A DNA stretch of 44,125 nucleotides from Candidatus Gastranaerophilales bacterium (GTDB lineage: Bacteria; Cyanobacteriota; Vampirovibrionia; Gastranaerophilales; Gastranaerophilaceae): positions 1 through 44,125 of the forward strand of contig CALUUU010000001.1 in the NCBI GenBank assembly GCA_944324035.1, written 5' to 3'. How positions within the stretch are numbered: the first letter of the stretch is position 1; the number at the start of each line of letters is the position of its first letter. Of the stretch, positions 8,954-16,759 are shown one piece after another. The notes beneath the pieces were generated by a model. It did no database searches. It had not been told where the DNA came from and saw nothing but the letters and a program-made list of their open reading frames with translations. The translations under genes and the position numbers were made by a program.

Positions 8954-9367
8954 ATGAAATTTGAAGCAGAAACTTTTGTAACAGTACAATTTTATGACCT
9001 TGACCCGATGAATGTTGTCTGGCACGGGAATTATATAAAATACCTTGAAACCGCAAGATGTGATCTGCTTGCAAAAATTGGCTATACCTATGATAATATG
9101 GCGCATGACCGTGTTATGTACCCGGTTGCAACAATGGAGCTCAAGTATATCAAGCCATGTAAATTTCAGCAAAAGTTAAAAATTATCTCTACATTGGAAG
9201 AAATTGAACCGGGCATGGTTATAAAATACACAATTTTTGATGCCCAAACAGGTGAAAAACTCTTCAAAGCAAAGACCATGCAAATTTGCGTTAGCACGGT
9301 AACTAAAGAAAGTTTATATTCTGCCCCCGATGGTTTGAAAGAAAAGCTTGCTTGTTGTAAGCTTTAG
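8954..9367 (+). CDS. 4HBT/YbgC-type hotdog acyl thioesterase (ApeK-like)
   Basis: Contains VQFYDLDPMNVVWHGNYIKYLETAR, the thioesterase D..(H)V.(N/H)..Y signature. 137 aa. Confidence 0.8.
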   Translation: MKFEAETFVTVQFYDLDPMNVVWHGNYIKYLETARCDLLAKIGYTYDNMAHDRVMYPVATMELKYIKPCKFQQKLKIISTLEEIEPGMVIKYTIFDAQTGEKLFKAKTMQICVSTVTKESLYSAPDGLKEKLACCKL

Positions 9368-9369
9368 TT

Positions 9370-9891
9370 ATGAGGAAAATTTTTAGCACTTTTTTATTAA
9401 TTTTTTTGGCTGGAAGTATTGTATTTGCAAAAGATACTATATTTCAACACCCTGCAAATATTTCAAATGTACAAATGCCTGAATACAAAAATGTTTCCTG
9501 CAAATTCACCCAGACAAAAAGTATTCCGAATTCCGATGCTTATATAAAATCAGGCGGAAACTTCAGATTTGATGTAAAAAGCGGAGTTATATTTGATACA
9601 CTTTATCCGGTAAAATCCACAACCGCCTATACAACAGAGCAGAGCAAGCGCGTAAGTGACATTATTATTGCGATTTCGCGTAAAGATTATTCTTACATAA
9701 ACAAAAATTTCGATGTTTTTTATCTTAAAAACCCGAACAGCTGGCAAATAGCATTGAAGCCAAAAACCTCCTCCAAAATAAGCAATGTAATGAGCTCCAT
9801 TATAATTGACGGAAGCACCTATATTAACAGGCTGGAAATTAACACACTAAAAAGCGGAAGTACTAAAATAAACTTTACAGAATGCAAATAG
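9370..9891 (+). CDS. LolA-like outer-membrane lipoprotein carrier family protein (ApeL-like)
   Basis: Signal peptide MRKIFSTFLLIFLAGSIVFA, about 170 aa, with the F.Q.K....S....SGG.F pattern (FTQTKSIPNSDAYIKSGGNF). Confidence 0.65.
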   Translation: MRKIFSTFLLIFLAGSIVFAKDTIFQHPANISNVQMPEYKNVSCKFTQTKSIPNSDAYIKSGGNFRFDVKSGVIFDTLYPVKSTTAYTTEQSKRVSDIIIAISRKDYSYINKNFDVFYLKNPNSWQIALKPKTSSKISNVMSSIIIDGSTYINRLEINTLKSGSTKINFTECK

Positions 9892-12002
9892 TTATGAAAA
9901 ATTTTTTGAGAATTTTATATATTTTATTTTTTATAATAGCCGGCATGTGGGTTATTTTTCATCCCGCCAAAACTGAAACAAACCTTCTGCGGGCTGTAGA
10001 TTCAAACAATTTTTCAGATGAATTAATCGTAAAATTGAGCGGACGGTATTCTTCCAAAATTAATGTTCTTGTCGAAGCATCTTCCCCGGAAAAAGCCTCA
10101 CAAACTGCGGAGGAGTTTTTGGCTTCTGTTGACAAAAATTCTTTTGATATACAGGCATTTGATTTTGCAAAAATTCTTTCGACATATAAAAAATACAACA
10201 ATAACCTTTTGGCAAATTCAACCGCAAAACTTCTTGAAGATAAAAAATATGATGAAGTTACGGCAGAAGCATACAACAGGCTCTTAGACCCTTTCAGCGT
10301 AATGCTTGTACCGCTGAATGAAGATCCGTTTATGCTTTTTGAAGATTATCTGAAATCACTGGGAGGTAATAACACCGAAAGTATTGAATATAACGGAAAG
10401 TATTATCAAGTTTTATCTTTAGAAGTTAATAACGAGCTCTCGCTTTCTCCGGATGTTATTAACAGTAAAATTAAAACTCTTACGGATTTGCAGGCAGAAC
10501 TTTCAAACCAGGATGTACAAATTTATTTGACCGGAACCCCTATACATTCGTATTACGCAAGTTCAAGGTCAATGGTTGAAATAAATATAATCTGTGTTTT
10601 ATCATCACTTTTTATTCTCGGAATATGTTATTTTTATTTCAGAAATCTGAAACTGCTGCTGCCCATTGCAATAAGCCTCGGCGGAGGTATTCTTGCCGGA
10701 TATCTCTTATGCGCAATCCTGTTTTCATCAATTCACGTTTTAACGTTTGTATTTTCAACTACTCTGATAGGTATCTGTATAGATTATTCGCTGCACTATT
10801 TTATAGAAAGAGATTTGGCAAAAATATTTAAAAGTCTGACTGTCAGTATGATTACAACTGTCAGTGCATTCGGTATCCTGCTTTTTTCCGGGGTGGAACT
10901 TTTAAAACAAATAGCAGTATTCACTATGACCGGCTTGTTTACGGTTTATTTGATGGTAGTTCTGTTTTATCCTCTTTTAAAACTTGATTTGAACCCGGGA
11001 AAAATTAATTTTTGCGTAAACAATAATTTTAAAAAAATTTTTTTGGTAATTGTACTTTTAGTATCTCTCGGGGGGTTATGCTGTTTTAAATTTAATGATG
11101 ACATAAGAAATCTTTATGTACCTTCTAAAAAACTTATGTATGCGGAAAAACTTTTTGCACAAACCACAGGCGGCAGCGTAAAAACTTCATTTGCCGTAAT
11201 AAGCGGGAATAACATGCAGGAAATTCTGGAAAAGGAAGAAACTATCACCCGGCACTTAGAAAGTCAAGATTATCAGGCATTGAGCAAATTTATTCCGTCA
11301 ATTAAAAAGCAGAAAAGGAATTTTGAGCTAAGAAAAGAACTTTATAAAAATGAATTAAACAAATTCGGGGAATTTCTTACTCCCGCAGAAAAACAAAAAC
11401 TCTTAAGCGCAAAGCCTCAAAAAGATTTCATTGAATATACCGACTTGCCTGTGACGGCAGAATTTTTGCCGGCCAAAAATACATCAATTATGGTTCTTTA
11501 TGACATAAAAGACCCTTCAATAATTACGAAAAACGGCGGACAATTTGTTGATGTAACAAAAAGTGTTACAGACCGGATAAAACACTGCAGGATATCCTGT
11601 GTTAAAATGCTTTTGCCGATATTTCTTATACTATATGTACTTCTTTCCTGTATTTACAAGCCGAAAACCGCGCTGAAAATAATTACACCGTCTGTTATGG
11701 CTGCAATATTTTCCGTATGTCTTGTTTCACTCACGGGTCAGGAAATAAATCTTTTCCATATCCTTGCCGTATTTCTGATAATCGGATTTGGGCTTGATTA
11801 TTCGGTATTCAGGGCAAGCGGCATAAAATCCTCTTCCGATGCGGTTTTATTATCCTGCTTAACAAGTATATTTTCATTTCTGCTTTTGGCATTTACAAGT
11901 TTTAAACTCATAAGCTCACTCGGATTTATATTATCTGCCGGGTTAGCCGTTTCATATCTCGGGAGCCTTTTATTTGATTATAAAAAGGAGAAAGCATTAT
12001 GA
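9882..12002 (+). CDS. MMPL/RND-superfamily membrane exporter (ApeM-like)
   Basis: 706 aa with two blocks of about 5-6 TM helices, each following a large soluble loop, and GICIDYSLHY / GFGLDYSVF motifs. An alternative start is ATG 9894. Confidence 0.8.
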   Translation: MQIVMKNFLRILYILFFIIAGMWVIFHPAKTETNLLRAVDSNNFSDELIVKLSGRYSSKINVLVEASSPEKASQTAEEFLASVDKNSFDIQAFDFAKILSTYKKYNNNLLANSTAKLLEDKKYDEVTAEAYNRLLDPFSVMLVPLNEDPFMLFEDYLKSLGGNNTESIEYNGKYYQVLSLEVNNELSLSPDVINSKIKTLTDLQAELSNQDVQIYLTGTPIHSYYASSRSMVEINIICVLSSLFILGICYFYFRNLKLLLPIAISLGGGILAGYLLCAILFSSIHVLTFVFSTTLIGICIDYSLHYFIERDLAKIFKSLTVSMITTVSAFGILLFSGVELLKQIAVFTMTGLFTVYLMVVLFYPLLKLDLNPGKINFCVNNNFKKIFLVIVLLVSLGGLCCFKFNDDIRNLYVPSKKLMYAEKLFAQTTGGSVKTSFAVISGNNMQEILEKEETITRHLESQDYQALSKFIPSIKKQKRNFELRKELYKNELNKFGEFLTPAEKQKLLSAKPQKDFIEYTDLPVTAEFLPAKNTSIMVLYDIKDPSIITKNGGQFVDVTKSVTDRIKHCRISCVKMLLPIFLILYVLLSCIYKPKTALKIITPSVMAAIFSVCLVSLTGQEINLFHILAVFLIIGFGLDYSVFRASGIKSSSDAVLLSCLTSIFSFLLLAFTSFKLISSLGFILSAGLAVSYLGSLLFDYKKEKAL

Positions 12003-12871
12003 AATGGTACCAGCAAAAAGAACAGGCTGCAGGAGAAAAACGCCTTATTATTTTATGGAATATTTATAAATTTTGCGGCAGAGATGTTGTTAAATTTTTG
12101 GTATGGTTTATAACTTTTTTCGCTTTTTTGGGTGCGAAAGAACCCCGCAAATATTCAAAAAAATATCTATCCATGATGGGGTTAAATCCTGGAATTCTAA
12201 ACCAGTTTAAGCATTTTCTCACATATTCATATTCGCTTTTTGATAAAATGGAAGTATTTGCGGGAAAATTCAGTCCTGATAATATTTTCTTTGATAACGA
12301 AAACGATAAAATAAATTTTATAAACGACCTGCAAAAAGGTGTGTTTGTTATAGGTTCGCATTTGGGAAACATTGAAATGATGCGGGTATTATTACGCACA
12401 AGTATACGTAAGCCGCTGAATATCTTTTTATCAGCCGACCAGTGCAAGATATTTAACAATTTCATAAAACAAATTGAAATTGAAAGTCCTGTTGTCGTAT
12501 ATCCGGTTGAAGATATAAACGTTAATACTTCAATAGAAATTAAAGAAAAAATTTCTAATGGAGAAGTCGTTGTTATGGCAGGTGACAGAATTTCCAAACA
12601 TAGCACGAATATAAAAGTTCAATTTTTAGGCAAAACAATCCAGCTTCCGTCAGGTACTTTTAAGTTTGCATATCTTATGGAACACCCTGTATATTTTGTG
12701 TGCGCACTTAAAGAAGGGGAAAAATACCGCATCTGCCTGAAAAAATTTGAATATAGCGGCAGCAAAACCGAAACTGTTAAAAATATGCAAAAAGAATATT
12801 TGGAATTTTTAGAAACCCTTGTGCCCCGTTATCCTTTTCAGTTCTTCCATTTTTATGACTTTTTTGAGTAA
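11999..12871 (+). CDS. LpxL/HtrB-like (lipid A biosynthesis-type) acyltransferase
   Basis: The motif GSHLGNIEMM matches the H(x4)E/D box of LABLAT acyltransferases (HxGNWE). It has an N-terminal TM segment and an ATGA overlap with the MMPL gene. Confidence 0.65.
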   Translation: MKWYQQKEQAAGEKRLIILWNIYKFCGRDVVKFLVWFITFFAFLGAKEPRKYSKKYLSMMGLNPGILNQFKHFLTYSYSLFDKMEVFAGKFSPDNIFFDNENDKINFINDLQKGVFVIGSHLGNIEMMRVLLRTSIRKPLNIFLSADQCKIFNNFIKQIEIESPVVVYPVEDINVNTSIEIKEKISNGEVVVMAGDRISKHSTNIKVQFLGKTIQLPSGTFKFAYLMEHPVYFVCALKEGEKYRICLKKFEYSGSKTETVKNMQKEYLEFLETLVPRYPFQFFHFYDFFE

Positions 12872-12898
12872 TTAATTTTTTTATAGTAATATACTGCT

Positions 12899-13423
12899 AT
12901 GAAAATCTATTATATAAATTCAGAAGAATTTCTAAAACAGTACGATACCGAATTTTTGAGAAATTATGCCGGAAATATGGAGTTTAAATCAGTTAAAAGA
13001 TTTACCCAGTATACAATCGGACGGTATCTTGTAAAATCAGTCGGGGAAAGGGATTTCAATATCTTAGATACAGAAATCGAAATTGTTGACGAAAAACCAA
13101 GATTTAAATACAGCAATATTAAATTCAGTATAACTCATTGCGGCAAATACATAGCTGCAGCTTTTGACACGGCAGAATGCGGGCTTGATATAGAAGAAAT
13201 GAAAGAACGCGATTTAGACGCATTATCAAAACGCTATAAAAAAGAATTCAATTCCGTCGAAAGTTTTTACGAATTTTGGACTGAATATGAAGCTTCCATA
13301 AAACTTCAGCAGGAAGTTAAAGGTAAATACTCAACAGTATTTAAAAATAATTACATGCTGACTGTCGTATCGGCGAATCCTGACTTTTCACAGCCATCTT
13401 GTTTAAGCTGCTTTACAATTTAA
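12899..13423 (+). CDS. Sfp-type 4'-phosphopantetheinyl transferase
   Basis: Contains FSITHCG, GLDIEE and WTEYEASIKL (W..KEA..K), the three PPTase motifs. Confidence 0.8.
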   Translation: MKIYYINSEEFLKQYDTEFLRNYAGNMEFKSVKRFTQYTIGRYLVKSVGERDFNILDTEIEIVDEKPRFKYSNIKFSITHCGKYIAAAFDTAECGLDIEEMKERDLDALSKRYKKEFNSVESFYEFWTEYEASIKLQQEVKGKYSTVFKNNYMLTVVSANPDFSQPSCLSCFTI

Positions 13424-13434
13424 CAAAGACAAAT

Positions 13435-14037
13435 TTACATTTGTTCTTTTCCATTATTCATAAGCCATTTTGGATGATAATATATTTTTACAAGTTTGTT
13501 TGATTTTATTCTGGCATGACCGCCTTTTATAAAATTAGTAAAAGTGCCTGTCGGCGGTAGAATAGTAAGCGCCCACTTTAGAGGGAAAACAAGAAGGCTC
13601 CTGTCTTGTCCGCGGACTTCATATGTATCTGATATAAGATGTTTGTTAATCCCTTCAAACTCAAAATCGCCGAATATTATGCTTGCCGGAATACCGTTCA
13701 TACCGCTTCGTATTATCACTTCAACTTTCGCCGGAACAATTGTATGGCGTTTTATTATTAAGCGGCCTTTGTAATGTACATCAGAAAGCACCCTGAATTT
13801 TACCGGCTGCCCCTCATATACATCATTTTCCGATTTTATTGCGTCAACAATTGCAAGTTTAATCTCAACAACATCAGTATTTTCAAAATTGTAGTTTTCA
13901 AACGGTTCGGGTTTTTCGATTTTTTTGTCAAGAAGAGTCGTGTTAACAAGCTCATCCTGAATAATTTCTCCGGCATGAGAAGAACCTGCACAGCAAAAGA
14001 ATATTCCAATAAACAAAATTCCAAGCAGTTTATTCAT
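13435..14037 (-). CDS. Secreted hypothetical protein (200 aa)
   Basis: Signal peptide MNKLLGILFIGIFFCCAGSSHA. An 8-nt overlap with the upstream gene indicates an operon. Confidence 0.65.
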   Translation of the reverse strand: MNKLLGILFIGIFFCCAGSSHAGEIIQDELVNTTLLDKKIEKPEPFENYNFENTDVVEIKLAIVDAIKSENDVYEGQPVKFRVLSDVHYKGRLIIKRHTIVPAKVEVIIRSGMNGIPASIIFGDFEFEGINKHLISDTYEVRGQDRSLLVFPLKWALTILPPTGTFTNFIKGGHARIKSNKLVKIYYHPKWLMNNGKEQM

Positions 14038-14725
14038 ATTTAATTTTTTCCTTTGAGCCTGTTTCTATCTTTTTCATCAAAAGCCTTCTGTTATTTTGCG
14101 AATTCAACAGAAAGTTCTGATAATGCTCATTTTCGAGATACTCATTATTAACGAGAAAATACGGGTACTTATTATAAATATATTCATAAATAAAAGCTAG
14201 CCTTTTTGATGCAAGGTTTTTATTTGAAATAGCATCGTATCTTCTCTGCGGAACGGTTTTGTTGATGTAAGTTATGAGCCCCAGCGGGTTAAAGCCGGCG
14301 TTTACCATTAAATCAACCGCCAGTTTGTCGGCTATAACCTCGTATTTTTTAGGTGAAGCAGCAATTTGAAGAGAATTAAGGCCGCCTTTAAAATATCCGT
14401 CAAAGGATTTTGCGGCAATAACAATTCCTCTTGCAAGAAAAGCCGCTATCTCGTCGTCATTATCCGCAAACTTATATGCCCCTTCATACATAAACACCCG
14501 TCGGCTTGTCATTTTTGTGTCCAGCTTTAAAAGCGCTTTTTTATCTGCTTCATCATATACAAACATTATTCTTTCCTGAATTTTGTTTGAATTCAAAAGT
14601 TTTGTGCCGATATCATCAATTTTATTTTGTACGGTTTGTTCCTGTACTATTTCGGTATTATCAGCACAGAATGCCGGAACAGTCATAAATATTACGGCCA
14701 GCAATATTATAAAATTTTTTATCAT
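14030..14725 (-). CDS. Secreted M48-like protein lacking the HExxH zinc site (putative pseudo-peptidase)
   Basis: Signal peptide MIKNFIILLAVIFMTVPAFCA. The segment ..FMYEGAYKFADNDDEIAAFLARGIVIAA.. aligns by eye to the M48 pattern ..G.l....deLaaVlaHEigH.., with ARGIV in place of HExxH. The later DLMVNAGFNPLGLITYI resembles the M48 A.aGydP.g...f. helix. Confidence 0.45.
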   Translation of the reverse strand: MIKNFIILLAVIFMTVPAFCADNTEIVQEQTVQNKIDDIGTKLLNSNKIQERIMFVYDEADKKALLKLDTKMTSRRVFMYEGAYKFADNDDEIAAFLARGIVIAAKSFDGYFKGGLNSLQIAASPKKYEVIADKLAVDLMVNAGFNPLGLITYINKTVPQRRYDAISNKNLASKRLAFIYEYIYNKYPYFLVNNEYLENEHYQNFLLNSQNNRRLLMKKIETGSKEKIKYE

Positions 14726-14865
14726 TCTCTATCCTCTTCCGGTTCAATCATAACATAGTTACACAGGTGCTTTTAATTTAATTTACAAAAATTAACTAAA
14801 ACAACTGAAAACACTATACGGAGTTATATTGCAAATGCCGCAAATACCATAAAAACTCGTCATTC

Positions 14866-15612
14866 TTACAAATAAAACCACAGAATAATTCTTGCATATT
14901 TGGCCACCAGCACTGCAAGATAACTGAATACAAAGTCATAAAGAATTTTTATACCGCTCTGCGCTTCTGTCCAGGCACAAACGAACCCCCAGCCGGCATG
15001 TTTCAGGTAAGCAAGACCTGTCATGTATAACAGTCCGATGGCATGAATTGTCAAAACGCCGATAAATACAGCTTTTGCAACATTTTTGTAAGAGTAATCT
15101 TTTTTCAGTATTGTTCCGACAAGAATTGCAGCCGGAAGATATGCAAAAATGTACCCGAAACTGTATTCAAATATATATCTCCAGCCTCCGCCAAGCGCAA
15201 ATACAGGTACGAAAAACAAACCTGCAATAATATAAAGCAATATACTGATAAATCCCAGTCTTCTGCCCAGCAATCCTACTATGAACATTATAATCGGAAT
15301 CTGCGGAATGTATTTTATTGAATAAACAAAATCATTTATAGTTGTAGGCTTGCCCGTCCAAAACTTTATCGGAACAATCATATGTGTTATATTAAGCTGG
15401 AGAAAGGTTGCCACTACAATTAAAAAAGAGCAGAAAAATATAAGCATTAAAGTGCCTATACCTAAATGTATACCTTTCTTCTTCTTTTTTTTCTTTTCTT
15501 TTGTTTTAACTTTTTTAATTCGTGATTTTTTAACTTTAACTGTTTGTAAATTATTTTGTTCTTCGGTTTCGGAATGGTTTAACTCATCACGAATTTCGTT
15601 TTCATCACTCAT
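14866..15612 (-). CDS. bioY: BioY-family (ECF S-component-like) transporter with an acidic/poly-lysine N-terminal extension
   Basis: The core YIPQIPIIMFIVGLLGRRLGFISILLYIIAGLFFVPVFALGGGW..FGYIFAYLPAAILVG matches BioY (P.T.Q...V.L.G.LLG.R.G...Y...G..GLPVFA..GG..GPTGGY). The N-terminal 60 aa or so include KKVKTKEKKKKKKKG. Confidence 0.65.
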   Translation of the reverse strand: MSDENEIRDELNHSETEEQNNLQTVKVKKSRIKKVKTKEKKKKKKKGIHLGIGTLMLIFFCSFLIVVATFLQLNITHMIVPIKFWTGKPTTINDFVYSIKYIPQIPIIMFIVGLLGRRLGFISILLYIIAGLFFVPVFALGGGWRYIFEYSFGYIFAYLPAAILVGTILKKDYSYKNVAKAVFIGVLTIHAIGLLYMTGLAYLKHAGWGFVCAWTEAQSGIKILYDFVFSYLAVLVAKYARIILWFYL

Positions 15613-16141
15613 TTATGGTTACAACCTTTTTAAGATTTTCGATATTTTTATTATATATAGTTTTAAATTTATCGTAAAAGATGTTTTCTGTCCACATTAT
15701 TAATGCATCTTCATTATTATCCTGATAGTACTGTTTACGTTTCCCGAGAGATTTAAAGCCGTATTTGTCATATAAATTTATCGCTTTCAAATTAGAAACT
15801 CTCACCTCAAGTGTAATATATTTGACTCCTTTTTTATAACAGTTTTCTATGACTGTATAAAGCAGTGCCTCCCCGATTTTTCTGCGGCGGAAAGCAGGTT
15901 TGACTGAAATATTTGTAATGTGTGCTTCTTCCAAAATCTGCCAGGTTCCTGTATAACCGACAAGAATTCCCTCTTCATTAAACGCACAAAAATATGAAGC
16001 AAGCTCATTTGATAATTCATTATAAAATGATTCCCTTGACCAGTGGTGGGAACCGTACGATTCCTCTTCAATATTAACAACAGCATCTATATCTGTTTGT
16101 TTCATCGGTCTAATTATAAGGTTTAATTTTTGCCCGCTCAT
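15605..16141 (-). CDS. rimI: Ribosomal-protein-alanine N-acetyltransferase-like GNAT
   Basis: Contains IRPMKQTDIDAVVNIEEESYGSHHWSRESFYNEL, RRRKIGEALL (acetyl-CoA P-loop-like Q/RxxGxG/A) and YITLEVRVSN..AINLY.KYGF, which is typical of RimI. Its stop overlaps the bioY-like start (ATGAGTGA). Confidence 0.7.
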   Translation of the reverse strand: MSGQKLNLIIRPMKQTDIDAVVNIEEESYGSHHWSRESFYNELSNELASYFCAFNEEGILVGYTGTWQILEEAHITNISVKPAFRRRKIGEALLYTVIENCYKKGVKYITLEVRVSNLKAINLYDKYGFKSLGKRKQYYQDNNEDALIMWTENIFYDKFKTIYNKNIENLKKVVTINE

Positions 16142-16273
16142 AAAATGATACTATCATAGTGGTATGACTATTGCAATATTTCATTGACACACAATATTTC
16201 CCCAAAAATCCAATCGTTTTCAGGCTCTTTCATTAGTGTTAAGCAGCCGCAGAAGGACTTCACTAACAATTAA

Positions 16274-16705
16274 TTATATGTCCTCCAAATCATGAGAAAG
16301 ACTTTTTACGGCACTTTCTATTTTGGAATAAACCTCATCAGATTTAAGCTGTTTTAAAATCTCTTCTTTGTTTCCGGCAGCAATAATACGTTCGGCCTTA
16401 TAAGGGTGCGGAAGCTTATATGCGACAACTTCGAGGTTACGGATTTTTTCGTGGCCTTCTATATTTTTGGGAGGCTTTGAAATTTTAAGCATAAAATCTG
16501 TTGCGCATAAAGATTTATCAGGGTTTGCAAACTGCTCATACACAGGTGCAAAATCTCCAAACTCAGCTACTTCACGTTCCGCACGGATACGCAGCATTGT
16601 TAAGGAACTCTTTATACAATTTTCGAGAGATTTTATTTCTTTGTTCATATTTTTCATTCCTTTGAAGTTTGTCTTATTTAATTTTGCCGGATTAATTTCG
16701 TTCAT
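16274..16705 (-). CDS. Hypothetical protein (143 aa) immediately downstream of the giant gene
   Basis: Intact ORF with a GAGGT SD 5 nt before the ATG, 54 bp after the giant gene's stop. No recognisable family, signal peptide or TM segment. Confidence 0.6.
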   Translation of the reverse strand: MNEINPAKLNKTNFKGMKNMNKEIKSLENCIKSSLTMLRIRAEREVAEFGDFAPVYEQFANPDKSLCATDFMLKISKPPKNIEGHEKIRNLEVVAYKLPHPYKAERIIAAGNKEEILKQLKSDEVYSKIESAVKSLSHDLEDI

Positions 16706-16759
16706 CGTTAACCTCGTCTGTATTTATTTTATAACATTTTTCTTTAAAAAGCCAGTAAA

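Noticed and set aside
12064-12606. 180-aa minus-strand ORF antisense to the LpxL-like acyltransferase. Similar antisense ORFs occur at 4357-4785, 5038-5388, 5468-5911 and 8087-8683.
   Set aside because: They overlap genes with clear catalytic motifs on the opposite strand and have no motifs of their own, so they are treated as shadow frames.
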